Below are positions 24,257 to 31,926 of a DNA stretch of 32,000 nt, in pieces. The stretch's first letter is position 1, and each line of letters starts with the position of its first letter. Under the pieces are notes generated by a model. That model saw only the letters and a list, made by a program, of their open reading frames with translations, ran no database searches and had not been told where the DNA came from. The translations under genes were made by a program, and so were the position numbers. Source of the stretch: Candidatus Pacearchaeota archaeon (GTDB lineage: Archaea > Nanobdellota > Nanobdellia > Pacearchaeales > GW2011-AR1); NCBI GenBank assembly GCA_018304985.1, contig JAGVWP010000041.1, forward strand, positions 5,642 through 37,641. The letters are read 5' to 3'.

Positions 24257-27040
24257 ATGGCACAAGAAGAAAAAAAAGCACAAAAGATTGAAAGGCTGAC
24301 TAATAACCAAGAAACTATCAGAAATATCTGCACATCTGCGCATATACACCATGGAAAATGCATTAGCGGAGACTCAAGAGTTATGCTATCAGATGGCAGC
24401 GCAATAACTGCCAGAGAGGTATATGAAGAAGTTGCAAAAAATGGCAAGAGATATGAGGATAATGAAGAACATACAGTATTCATACCTAGAGACAAAATAA
24501 CTATATTCTCCTTAAATAAAGAAACTGGGAGCATTGAAAAGAAGCTTGTTCAGTATGTCTGGAGGCTTAAAGGTGGCAATACAATAAAAACAACTTTAAG
24601 AAATGGATTTGAAATATCAACAACGCCAGAACATAAGTATATAATTTTTGAAAGTATGAAATTCACTGAAAAACCTGCCTGTGAATTAAAAATTAATGAT
24701 TTAATAGTTTGTGCAAGGAATATTGACTTCTTTTGGAAAGAAAAAAAAGCTAATAAAGAATATTATAATTATAATAAAATCGAAATTGATAATGGAAATG
24801 GTCAAAAGTTAATTCAATTATTAAAGAATCCTTATAATGATCTAGCATTTGTTGAAGTTAAAAAAATAGAAGCAGGTTTTGAAGAGGTTGTTTATGATTT
24901 TACAATTCCTGAAACACATAATTTCATTGCAGAAGGAATGGTTATATGCAATACAGCCTTCACAGACAATCTATTGGCAGCTGCAGGAATGATGGCTGCA
25001 AAATCAGCCGGAGATTTAGAAGCTGGAATGGCAACATGGCAGCATTCAGATGAGCAGGAAAGATTAATGACTGTTGATGCTGCAAATGTTTCAATGGTTC
25101 ATGATTTTCACGGCAAGGAATATTTAATTAATTTAATTGACACTCCTGGACATGTTGATTTTTCTGGAAATGTAACAAGAGCTATGAGAGCTATTGATGG
25201 CACGATTGTTTTAGTCTGCGCAAGCGAAGGAATCATGCCACAAACAGAAACTGTTTTAAAACAGGCATTAAGAGAAAGAGTTAAGCCAATTTTATTTATT
25301 AACAAAGTTGACAGGCTGATTAAAGAGCTGAAAATGACTCCTGAGCAAATGCAGGAAAGATTTATCAAGATTTACAAAGATTTTAATAAATTAATTGAGA
25401 GAATTGCAGAGCCTGAATACAAGGAAAAATGGCAGGTTGATATTAATGAAGGAAGTGTTGCTTTTGGAAGCGCCAGAGATAATTGGGCATTATCACTTCC
25501 GTTTATGAAAAAAAAGGGAGTTACTTTCAAAAATATCTTTGAATTATACAGTATGGATGAAGAGCAAAGAAAAGAATGGACATGGAAAAATGCCCCTTTA
25601 TTCGAAGTAATTTTAGATATGAGCATCAAGCATCTTCCAAACCCAATTGAAGCTCAGAAATACAGAATTCCAAAAATCTGGCATGGAGATTTAGAAAGTG
25701 AATTCGGAAAGAGTTTGCTTAATTGCGATCCAAAAGGAGAATTAGCATTTATAATTACAAGAATTGTTATTGATCCAAGATCTGGGAAAGAAATTTCAGC
25801 AGGAAGATTATTTTCAGGCAGTTTAGAACCGGGAATGGAAGTTTATCTTAATAATGAGAAAAAAAATCAAAGAGTTCAGCAGGTTCTTGTTTATAATGGA
25901 ATAAAACCGGAGCAGGTTGAACATATTCCTGCTGGAAATGTTCTTGCAATTGCAGGAATTGTTGGAGATGTTGGAGAAACAATAACCTTGAAACCAGAAA
26001 CACCTTTTGAAGAAATTAAGCATATTTTTGAGCCAGTTATTACAAAAGCTATTGAGCCGAAGAAAATGGTTGATTTGCCAAAGCTTGTAGAAGTTTTAAG
26101 AAAAGTTGTAAAAGAAGATCCAAGCCTAAAAGTTGAAATTAATGAGGAAACAGGAGAGAATCTTGTTTCAGGAATGGGAGAACTGCATTTAGAAATTATT
26201 GAAAACAGAATAACAACTGAAAAAGGGCTGGAGATTAAAACTTCTCCTCCGATTGTAGTTTACAGAGAGACGGTTGTAAGAAAATCCAAGGTTCAGGAAG
26301 GAAAATCTCCCAACAAACATAATTCTTTTTTCATAACTGTTGAGCCTTTAGAAGATGAAGTTTATGATGCAATTAAGAAAGGAGAAATTTCAGAAAGAAG
26401 ATATAAGAAAAGAGATGACACAATGTTCAAAAAATTATCTGAATTGGGCATTTCAAACGATGAGATAAGAAATGTCAGAGATGTTTACAAAGGATGTGTT
26501 TTTTTAGATGACACAAGGGGAGAAGTGCATATGATTGAAGTAATTGACTTGGTTTTAGATGCTTTTGAGCAGGTTATTGATGCAGGGCCTTTAGCAAGAG
26601 AGCCGTGCATGAAAATGAAACTAAGGCTTGCGGATATAAAACTTCACGAAGATGCAATTCATAGAGGGCCTGCGCAGGTTTATCCTGCAATAAGAGATTC
26701 TATTTCAAGCGCTATGAGAGATGCTGCAATTTCGCTTTTTGAGCCACTGCAAGTTCATTTAATTGAAGCGCCTTCAGAATACATGAGCACTGTTACTAAA
26801 TTAGTTTCAAGCAAGAGGGGGCAGTTAATTGATGTTCAGCAGGATGAAGTTGGAGTTAAAGTAACTGCAAAACTGCCTGTAGCTGAAATGTTAGGATGGA
26901 GCAGTGATTTAAGATCAGCAACAGAAGGACGAGGTGTTTCAAGTTTAGAAGACCAAAGCTTTGAAAAAATGCCAACTGAATTGCAATCAGAAGCTGTGAG
27001 AAAAATCAGAAACAGAAAAGGATTGGCGGAGAATCAATAA
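24257..27040 (+). CDS. fusA: translation elongation factor aEF-2, precursor containing one intein
   Basis: IRNI...AHIHHGK | intein | TAFTDNLLAAAG restores the G1 P-loop. Also DTPGHVDF, NKVDR and the diphthamide-loop motif HEDAIHRGPAQ. 927 aa minus 198 aa gives ~729 aa, the normal aEF-2 size. Confidence 0.95.
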   Translation: MAQEEKKAQKIERLTNNQETIRNICTSAHIHHGKCISGDSRVMLSDGSAITAREVYEEVAKNGKRYEDNEEHTVFIPRDKITIFSLNKETGSIEKKLVQYVWRLKGGNTIKTTLRNGFEISTTPEHKYIIFESMKFTEKPACELKINDLIVCARNIDFFWKEKKANKEYYNYNKIEIDNGNGQKLIQLLKNPYNDLAFVEVKKIEAGFEEVVYDFTIPETHNFIAEGMVICNTAFTDNLLAAAGMMAAKSAGDLEAGMATWQHSDEQERLMTVDAANVSMVHDFHGKEYLINLIDTPGHVDFSGNVTRAMRAIDGTIVLVCASEGIMPQTETVLKQALRERVKPILFINKVDRLIKELKMTPEQMQERFIKIYKDFNKLIERIAEPEYKEKWQVDINEGSVAFGSARDNWALSLPFMKKKGVTFKNIFELYSMDEEQRKEWTWKNAPLFEVILDMSIKHLPNPIEAQKYRIPKIWHGDLESEFGKSLLNCDPKGELAFIITRIVIDPRSGKEISAGRLFSGSLEPGMEVYLNNEKKNQRVQQVLVYNGIKPEQVEHIPAGNVLAIAGIVGDVGETITLKPETPFEEIKHIFEPVITKAIEPKKMVDLPKLVEVLRKVVKEDPSLKVEINEETGENLVSGMGELHLEIIENRITTEKGLEIKTSPPIVVYRETVVRKSKVQEGKSPNKHNSFFITVEPLEDEVYDAIKKGEISERRYKKRDDTMFKKLSELGISNDEIRNVRDVYKGCVFLDDTRGEVHMIEVIDLVLDAFEQVIDAGPLAREPCMKMKLRLADIKLHEDAIHRGPAQVYPAIRDSISSAMRDAAISLFEPLQVHLIEAPSEYMSTVTKLVSSKRGQLIDVQQDEVGVKVTAKLPVAEMLGWSSDLRSATEGRGVSSLEDQSFEKMPTELQSEAVRKIRNRKGLAENQ
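24359..24952 (+). mobile_element. mini-intein (198 aa) in the aEF-2 P-loop
   Basis: Block A CISGDSRVMLSDG, block B GFEISTTPEHKYII (T..H), block F VVYDFTIPETHNFIAEG, block G MVICN followed by +1 Thr. No LAGLIDADG or HNH endonuclease motifs in the ~80-aa linker. Confidence 0.85.
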
Positions 27041-27080
27041 TAAAAGACACCTAAGGTTTCTTTTATGAATCTTCCTCTTA
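27041..27080 (+). repeat. motif-1 copy G, directly after the aEF-2 stop
   Basis: TAAAAGACACCTAAGGTTTCTTTTATGAATCTTCCTCTTAA. Confidence 0.6.
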
Positions 27081-27187
27081 AAATATCAATGGTTCTTCTT
27101 ATGGCATCTCCTTTTAGAATGCCATAGTTCTCAAAAAATACAAAATCTATAGATTTAAATAGTAGCATTATTCTGAAAATAAATAAA

Positions 27188-27721
27188 ATGGCATTAAAAG
27201 ATAAATTAAAAAGAAATGCTGGAATAATTGCTGTAGTAACAGCAGGAATTACATATTCTCTTGGAACTTCTGCAATTTCTACTTATAATTCTTACTTAAA
27301 ACACAATTATCCGGTAAGGTATGAGTTAAAACAGGTTGAAAGAGGAATTAACAATCTTGAGTCGCAGAAAAATTATTTTGAAAGTGAGATGGGACTTAAT
27401 AATCCTCAGAATATATTAGATTATATTGCTGATGCTCCTCAAAGAATGATTAGAGGTATTAGAAAAGGAACTATAGATGTAATGAAAAGTACAATAGATA
27501 TTTTAATAGAACCAGAACAAAAAAAACTTCCTAAAGTAATGGGTGAAGCTCTTTTGCTTCCGATAAAAAATGTTGCATCTGTAGTAGGGGCTGATGATAA
27601 AAATTCTGTTGAAGAGGTTATTGCCTATTCCTTAATAATAGGAGAGGCCAACAGAGAAATAGGGGAGTTAAAAGAAAAACAAAGAGAATTAGAATCAAGA
27701 GTTCGTCTTGAGAATCAATAG
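27188..27721 (+). CDS. membrane-anchored coiled-coil protein, function unknown
   Basis: N-terminal TM/signal anchor GIIAVVTAGITYSLGTSAIS and a C-terminal heptad-like region. TATA-like ATAGATTTAAATAG ~40 nt upstream. Confidence 0.55.
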   Translation: MALKDKLKRNAGIIAVVTAGITYSLGTSAISTYNSYLKHNYPVRYELKQVERGINNLESQKNYFESEMGLNNPQNILDYIADAPQRMIRGIRKGTIDVMKSTIDILIEPEQKKLPKVMGEALLLPIKNVASVVGADDKNSVEEVIAYSLIIGEANREIGELKEKQRELESRVRLENQ

Positions 27722-28052
27722 TTTTAAAAAGTACATTCTTTCTAAAAATTAATGAAAATACTAAACATACCTTTATCCGATATTATTAATAAGATAAGAG
27801 AAACTGAAGAGCAAGTAGAATTAACTGCTGATTTAAAAAGAACATGCCACTTGGCCATATGATTGGCAATTTAATTCAAGATTTGATGAATGAAACTTTT
27901 AGAAATTATGAATTTAATCCTAATTTAGAAGTGTTTCCTACAACTCAAGATGGCTTATTGGGTTATACTAAGATGATGAAAGTAATGTTTGAAGAAGTTG
28001 TTAATAATCAGTAAACCAACAATTATATAAACTTAAAATTTCTTTATTAGAT

Positions 28053-28289
28053 ATGAAATTAACAGTAATTATCAAGAAAGGTGAGAAGCAATATGTAGCA
28101 TTATGCCCTGAATTAGATGTTGTCAGCCAGGGATATAGTGTTGAAGAAGCATTGGCTAATTTAAAAGAAGCTATAGAGCTGCATATAGATGTTATGGGTT
28201 TGCCTGAAGAAATAAGTGATGAAGATTTGATAATAACAACTATTAATATTTCTGATGCTAATGCAAAAACTTCCGAGATTGTCAGGTAA
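28053..28289 (+). CDS. hicB: HicB-like antitoxin (UPF0150 fold)
   Basis: MKLTVIIKKGEKQYVALCPELDVVSQGYSVEEALANLKEAIELHI is the typical HicB N-terminal domain pattern. Overlaps the downstream hicA. Confidence 0.75.
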   Translation: MKLTVIIKKGEKQYVALCPELDVVSQGYSVEEALANLKEAIELHIDVMGLPEEISDEDLIITTINISDANAKTSEIVR

Positions 28290-28497
28290 AGAGTTGATAA
28301 AAATTATTTCTAAATTAGGTTTTAAGACAATCAGACAGAGAGGAAGCCATGTTTTTATGGCTAAAGAGACTGATAAAGAAAAGATTACAACTGTTGTTCC
28401 ATTACATAATGAAATAGACAGAGGAACATTATTGGAAATAATAAGGCAGATTAAATTAACAAAAGAGCAGTTTTTAGAGCTGGTGGATAATCAGTAA
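28255..28497 (+). CDS. hicA: HicA-like mRNA interferase toxin
   Basis: LSGKELIKIISKLGFKTIRQRGSHVFM...VPLHNEIDRGTLLEIIRQ matches the HicA/YcfA signature, including the catalytic-region GSH. Confidence 0.8.
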   Translation: MLMQKLPRLSGKELIKIISKLGFKTIRQRGSHVFMAKETDKEKITTVVPLHNEIDRGTLLEIIRQIKLTKEQFLELVDNQ

Positions 28498-28532
28498 TTC
28501 TGAAAATATTACAATATATCCTAAGTTATATT
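28498..28532 (+). repeat. element-2 copy starting immediately after the hicA stop
   Basis: TTCTGAAAATATTACAATATATCCTAAGTTATATT. Confidence 0.5.
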
Positions 28533-28678
28533 CAGTATTAATGATGAAGCCTATAAAATACTTCATTTTATTCATCAAGTTTAAGTAGCACTATTGGACT
28601 ATCAAATTATAGTGATGAAAAATGGATATTTCAATTTAGTATAATAAGATTTATATATTGCAATAGATATTTTCCAAT

Positions 28679-29356
28679 ATGAAATATAACAAAATAATTG
28701 TTTCAGTTTTGTTTTTATTTTTAATTGTCTTTCTTGTGTCTAGTGTTATTGCTATTTCCATCTCTAGCTCTCCAAAGATAATAAAAACTTATCCAAGAGA
28801 TAATTCAAATGATGTTATTTCTGAAAAAGAATTTAAAATAAGATTCAGAGAATCTAATCCTATTGCTGTTGAGTTGCATTATAAAAATATTTTGGATAAT
28901 GAGTATATTGTTGAGGCATTTAATTTAAGCGATATTGTTGAATGCCAGCATAAAACAAATAATGAAGAGGTGTGGGAGTGTGATAAACAAGCAAATGTAA
29001 ACGATGGAGAAATAGAATTTTTCTTTAAAGTAAAAAATTCTATTAATGAAATTAATTCCGAAGTATCAAGAGCGAGGTTTGATTCAATTACCCCTAATTT
29101 ATCAGTTGCTTCTCCGGAAGCTGATGATGTTCTTAGTGATTTTTTTATTTTTTCGGGAAGTGTGGATGAGAAATCAAAAGTCTGGTATGAAATGGATAAT
29201 GAGAAAAAGCACAGAATATGCTCAAAATGTAACTATTTTGACAAAGAAATTAGAATTCCAAGCGGAGAATCCAGGGGAATTCACAGAATAAATATATTTG
29301 CAAAAGATGAAGCTGGAAATGTTGCTAAGGAGACGAGAAGGATTTTTATAATATAA
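28679..29356 (+). CDS. secreted or anchored protein with N-terminal Ig-like (SbsA/Big_5-like) segment
   Basis: Signal/anchor IIVSVLFLFLIVFLVSSVIA. SPKIIKTYPRDNSNDVISEKEFKIRFRESNP resembles the start of bacterial Ig-like domains. Several Cys pairs. Confidence 0.55.
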   Translation: MKYNKIIVSVLFLFLIVFLVSSVIAISISSSPKIIKTYPRDNSNDVISEKEFKIRFRESNPIAVELHYKNILDNEYIVEAFNLSDIVECQHKTNNEEVWECDKQANVNDGEIEFFFKVKNSINEINSEVSRARFDSITPNLSVASPEADDVLSDFFIFSGSVDEKSKVWYEMDNEKKHRICSKCNYFDKEIRIPSGESRGIHRINIFAKDEAGNVAKETRRIFII

Positions 29357-29437
29357 TTATTAACTTAAACAGCTGATAAATCATTTTAAATTTTTTACAT
29401 AAAAAAATTTAGTATTGCAATATTTTCAGAAAATATA

Positions 29438-29474
29438 TTTTGATAATATACCATATTTTTCCCTGATTTTTTAT
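29438..29474 (+). repeat. element-2 copy, with an abutting inverted partial copy at 29411-29431
   Basis: TTTTGATAATATACCATATTTTTCCCTGATTTTTTAT. The reverse complement of 29411-29431 is TTCTGAAAATATTGCAATACT. Confidence 0.6.
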
Positions 29475-29530
29475 TAATATTTGCTTATTTTAAATTATCC
29501 TTAAAAAACTTAAAAAATTAAATCGCAACA

Positions 29531-29538
29531 TTTATAAA
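29531..29538 (+). promoter_or_regulatory. TATA box of aEF-1alpha (TTTATAAA)
   Basis: Part of a ~40-nt module shared with the promoter region at 31878-31915. The leader carries the hairpin GAACCTTT-GAA-AAAGGTTC (29572-29590). Confidence 0.5.
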
Positions 29539-29612
29539 CCCAAAATTTATTCAAGTTATACTGATTATTATGAACCTTTGAAAAAGGTTCCCAAAATCAT
29601 ATAAAAATTAAA

Positions 29613-30899
29613 ATGGCAAAACAAAAACCAATTATGAATGTTGTGTTCGTCGGGCACGTTGATGCAGGAAAATCAACAACTATAGGCAGGCTTATGTATG
29701 ATACAGGCAAGCTTCCTGAACAGGAACTTGTGAAATTAAAAGCAGAGGCTCAGAAACACGGAAAAGCTGGATTTGAATTTGCCTATGTTATGGATAAATT
29801 CAAGGAAGAAAGAGAAAGAGGAGTTACAATTGATCTTTCTTATCAGAAAATACTTACACAGAAATTTGAAGTTACAATTATTGATGCTCCCGGACACAAG
29901 GATTTTGTAAAAAATATGATTACTGGCGCAAGCCAGGCAGATTGCGCATTCCTTGTTGTTGCTGCAAAATCTGGAGTAGAACCACAAACAAAAGAGCATT
30001 TATGGCTGTTAAAAACAATGGGTGTTGGACAATTGCATGTAATAATCAACAAAATGGATGATGTTGGCTATAAAGAAGAAAGATTCAACCAGGTTAAAGC
30101 AGATGTTACTAATGAATTAAAATCAGTTGGATATAAAGCAGATGATGTTACTTTCCTGGCTATTTCAGCTATTAACGGAGAGAATGTTGCAAAGAAATCT
30201 GACAAAATGGCTTGGTATAAAGGGCCAACTGTTGTTGAAGACTTTGATAATTTCAAAGAGCCTGAAAAACCAACAAATCTTCCATTAAGAATGCCTATTC
30301 AAGATGTTTATGAAATTACTGGAATAGGAACAGTACCTGTTGGAAAAATTGAAACGGGAATAATGAAAGTTGGACAGAAAATCATAGTATTGCCTGGAAG
30401 AAGCGGAAAAGGAGTTCTTGGAGAGGTTAGGACTGTTGAAGCTCACCACGAGCAACTGCCGCAGGGAGAGGCAGGAGATAATGTTGGAGTTAATCTTAGA
30501 GGAATTGGAAAGAAAGATGTAGCAAGAGGAGATGTAATTTGCGACGCTGCTAAGCCTGCAACAATTGCAGAAGAATTTACAGCAAAGATTGCAGTTATTA
30601 ATCACCCAACTGTTATTGCTAAAGGGTATACTCCGGTATTCCACGTTCATACAGCGCAGGTTCCTTGCCAGTTTGTTGAAATAATTGAAAAATATGATCC
30701 TAAAACAGGAGAAGTTGCTCAGAAAAATCCTGACTTTATCAAGAATGGAGATGTTGCAAAAGTAAGAATCAAGCCAATAGGAAACCTTGTTCTTGAAAAA
30801 CAGGCAGACAATCCTCATATGGCAAGATTTGCAATAAGAGATGCTGGAGCGACTGTTGCAGCTGGAGTTTGCATAGAACTTACTGCAAAGAAAATTTAA
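29613..30899 (+). CDS. tuf: translation elongation factor aEF-1alpha
   Basis: GHVDAGKST, DAPGHKDF, NKMD and SAINGEN G-motifs. 428 aa. Confidence 0.97.
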   Translation: MAKQKPIMNVVFVGHVDAGKSTTIGRLMYDTGKLPEQELVKLKAEAQKHGKAGFEFAYVMDKFKEERERGVTIDLSYQKILTQKFEVTIIDAPGHKDFVKNMITGASQADCAFLVVAAKSGVEPQTKEHLWLLKTMGVGQLHVIINKMDDVGYKEERFNQVKADVTNELKSVGYKADDVTFLAISAINGENVAKKSDKMAWYKGPTVVEDFDNFKEPEKPTNLPLRMPIQDVYEITGIGTVPVGKIETGIMKVGQKIIVLPGRSGKGVLGEVRTVEAHHEQLPQGEAGDNVGVNLRGIGKKDVARGDVICDAAKPATIAEEFTAKIAVINHPTVIAKGYTPVFHVHTAQVPCQFVEIIEKYDPKTGEVAQKNPDFIKNGDVAKVRIKPIGNLVLEKQADNPHMARFAIRDAGATVAAGVCIELTAKKI

Positions 30900-30944
30900 A
30901 TTTTCTTTATTCTATTTAAATAAAAATATTAGAATTATTATAAA

Positions 30945-31130
30945 ATGAAAAGATATTATCAAAAAATTCATGAACATTTAGAAGCGATGCGTGAAGTAGC
31001 TGGCGAATATGTTCCTAAAGAGAGAACTCTTGTAGATACTAATGATGATTCTCTACATAATCCATTACTTGGAGAACTTCACTATAGACATAGAACACAG
31101 CAAAAATATGTGCCTATTAAGTCTGAATAG
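30945..31130 (+). CDS. hypothetical small protein (61 aa)
   Basis: ORF only. Confidence 0.3.
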   Translation: MKRYYQKIHEHLEAMREVAGEYVPKERTLVDTNDDSLHNPLLGELHYRHRTQQKYVPIKSE

Positions 31131-31203
31131 TTAGTTTTTTTATCTCTTATATTTCATTATAATAATGCTTAAGTATTTACAAAACTATTATATCTTGATT
31201 AAA

Positions 31204-31419
31204 ATGTTAGCTGAAAATCAAAGTTTAGATATAATGGTTGATGCGCTAAACTTAGTTAAAATTATTTCAAATAAACATCCTAATAGAGTAAAATATAGGA
31301 GAGCGCTTATGGATGAAGCTGGAGAAATTGCTGAAAGGAATAAAAGAGGCACTATAATTAAGTCAGATGTAACAAGCGCTGAAGAGTATATTAAATCACA
31401 AGGTTCTTATAATGCCTAA
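31204..31419 (+). CDS. hypothetical small protein (71 aa), paralogue of 31502..31729
   Basis: Shares the C-terminal pattern EA.E.AER...R.I.......A..YIK with the next ORF. Start moved to MLAENQ; the ORF track starts at 31165. Confidence 0.4.
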   Translation: MLAENQSLDIMVDALNLVKIISNKHPNRVKYRRALMDEAGEIAERNKRGTIIKSDVTSAEEYIKSQGSYNA

Positions 31420-31501
31420 TAATTTCATATCTCTATATATTTTGGAGAATAATAATGCTTATATAAAACTTATTCTTAAATAATTATATAAAAGAGGCAG
31501 A

Positions 31502-31729
31502 ATGAATAGTCAAAAAGAGGGTTTGATACATTTAATATTTGAATTTAAAGCTCTTGAAAGAATTAAAGGTGTGAAAGATGTGGGATATCAGGAGCTTGTT
31601 CAAAGAGAAGCTCAAGAATTTGCTGAAAGAGATGGAAGCAGGTATATACTTGAAGAGCATATTGTTAGGGCTAAAAAATATATTAAAGAAAATCATTTAT
31701 ATCCTTATAATAAAGAATCAAAGAATTAA
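31502..31729 (+). CDS. hypothetical small protein (75 aa), paralogue of 31204..31419
   Basis: See the previous feature. AAGAGG RBS-like sequence 5 nt upstream. The shared upstream string ATAATAATGCTTA precedes both genes. Confidence 0.45.
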   Translation: MNSQKEGLIHLIFEFKALERIKGVKDVGYQELVQREAQEFAERDGSRYILEEHIVRAKKYIKENHLYPYNKESKN

Positions 31730-31740
31730 TTATCTTAAAT

Positions 31741-31773
31741 AAAGTAACATACTATAATTTTGCCTGATTTATT
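31741..31773 (+). repeat. element-2 copy
   Basis: AAAGTAACATACTATAATTTTGCCTGATTTATT. Confidence 0.5.
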
Positions 31774-31926
31774 AGATGAAAGTGACTGTTGACTATGGCT
31801 TAAATCAATTAGTTTATGAATATTCTAATTTTTCTATAAGTTATATATTATCATTTATATAAAACTCATTATAAAAATATTTATAAATAACCAATTTATT
31901 CAAGTATGATTATAAAAGAGGTAAAA

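Noticed and set aside
24208-26023. Minus-strand ORFs within aEF-2 (24208-24534, 25108-25368, 25372-25629, 25823-26023)
   Set aside because: Antisense shadow ORFs of a conserved GTPase gene.
28543-28620. Possible box C/D sRNA (ATGATGA at 28543 and GTGATGA at 28610)
   Set aside because: No CTGA D or D' box at the required spacing and no terminal stem. Element-2 contains two CTGA words ~27 nt apart, but no C or C' boxes accompany them.
29046-29291. 81-aa alternative-frame ORF inside 28679-29356
   Set aside because: Same-strand overlap with a longer ORF that has a signal peptide and a start context. No independent evidence.
29736-30818. Minus-strand ORFs inside tuf, including a 177-aa one (30285-30818)
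   Set aside because: Antisense to aEF-1alpha. Cys/Asn/Phe/Ser-rich low-complexity product.
31204-31729. Archaeal histone assignment for the two small paralogues
   Set aside because: The AER..R..I....V..A segment resembles helix2-loop2-helix3 of a histone fold, but the putative central helix is ~10 residues too short and the N-terminal helix/loop motifs are absent.
16315-31773. Could the recurring spacer modules be a CRISPR array?
   Set aside because: Copies are kilobases apart, separated by genes, imperfect and in both orientations. There is no regular repeat-spacer periodicity and no cas genes in the window.
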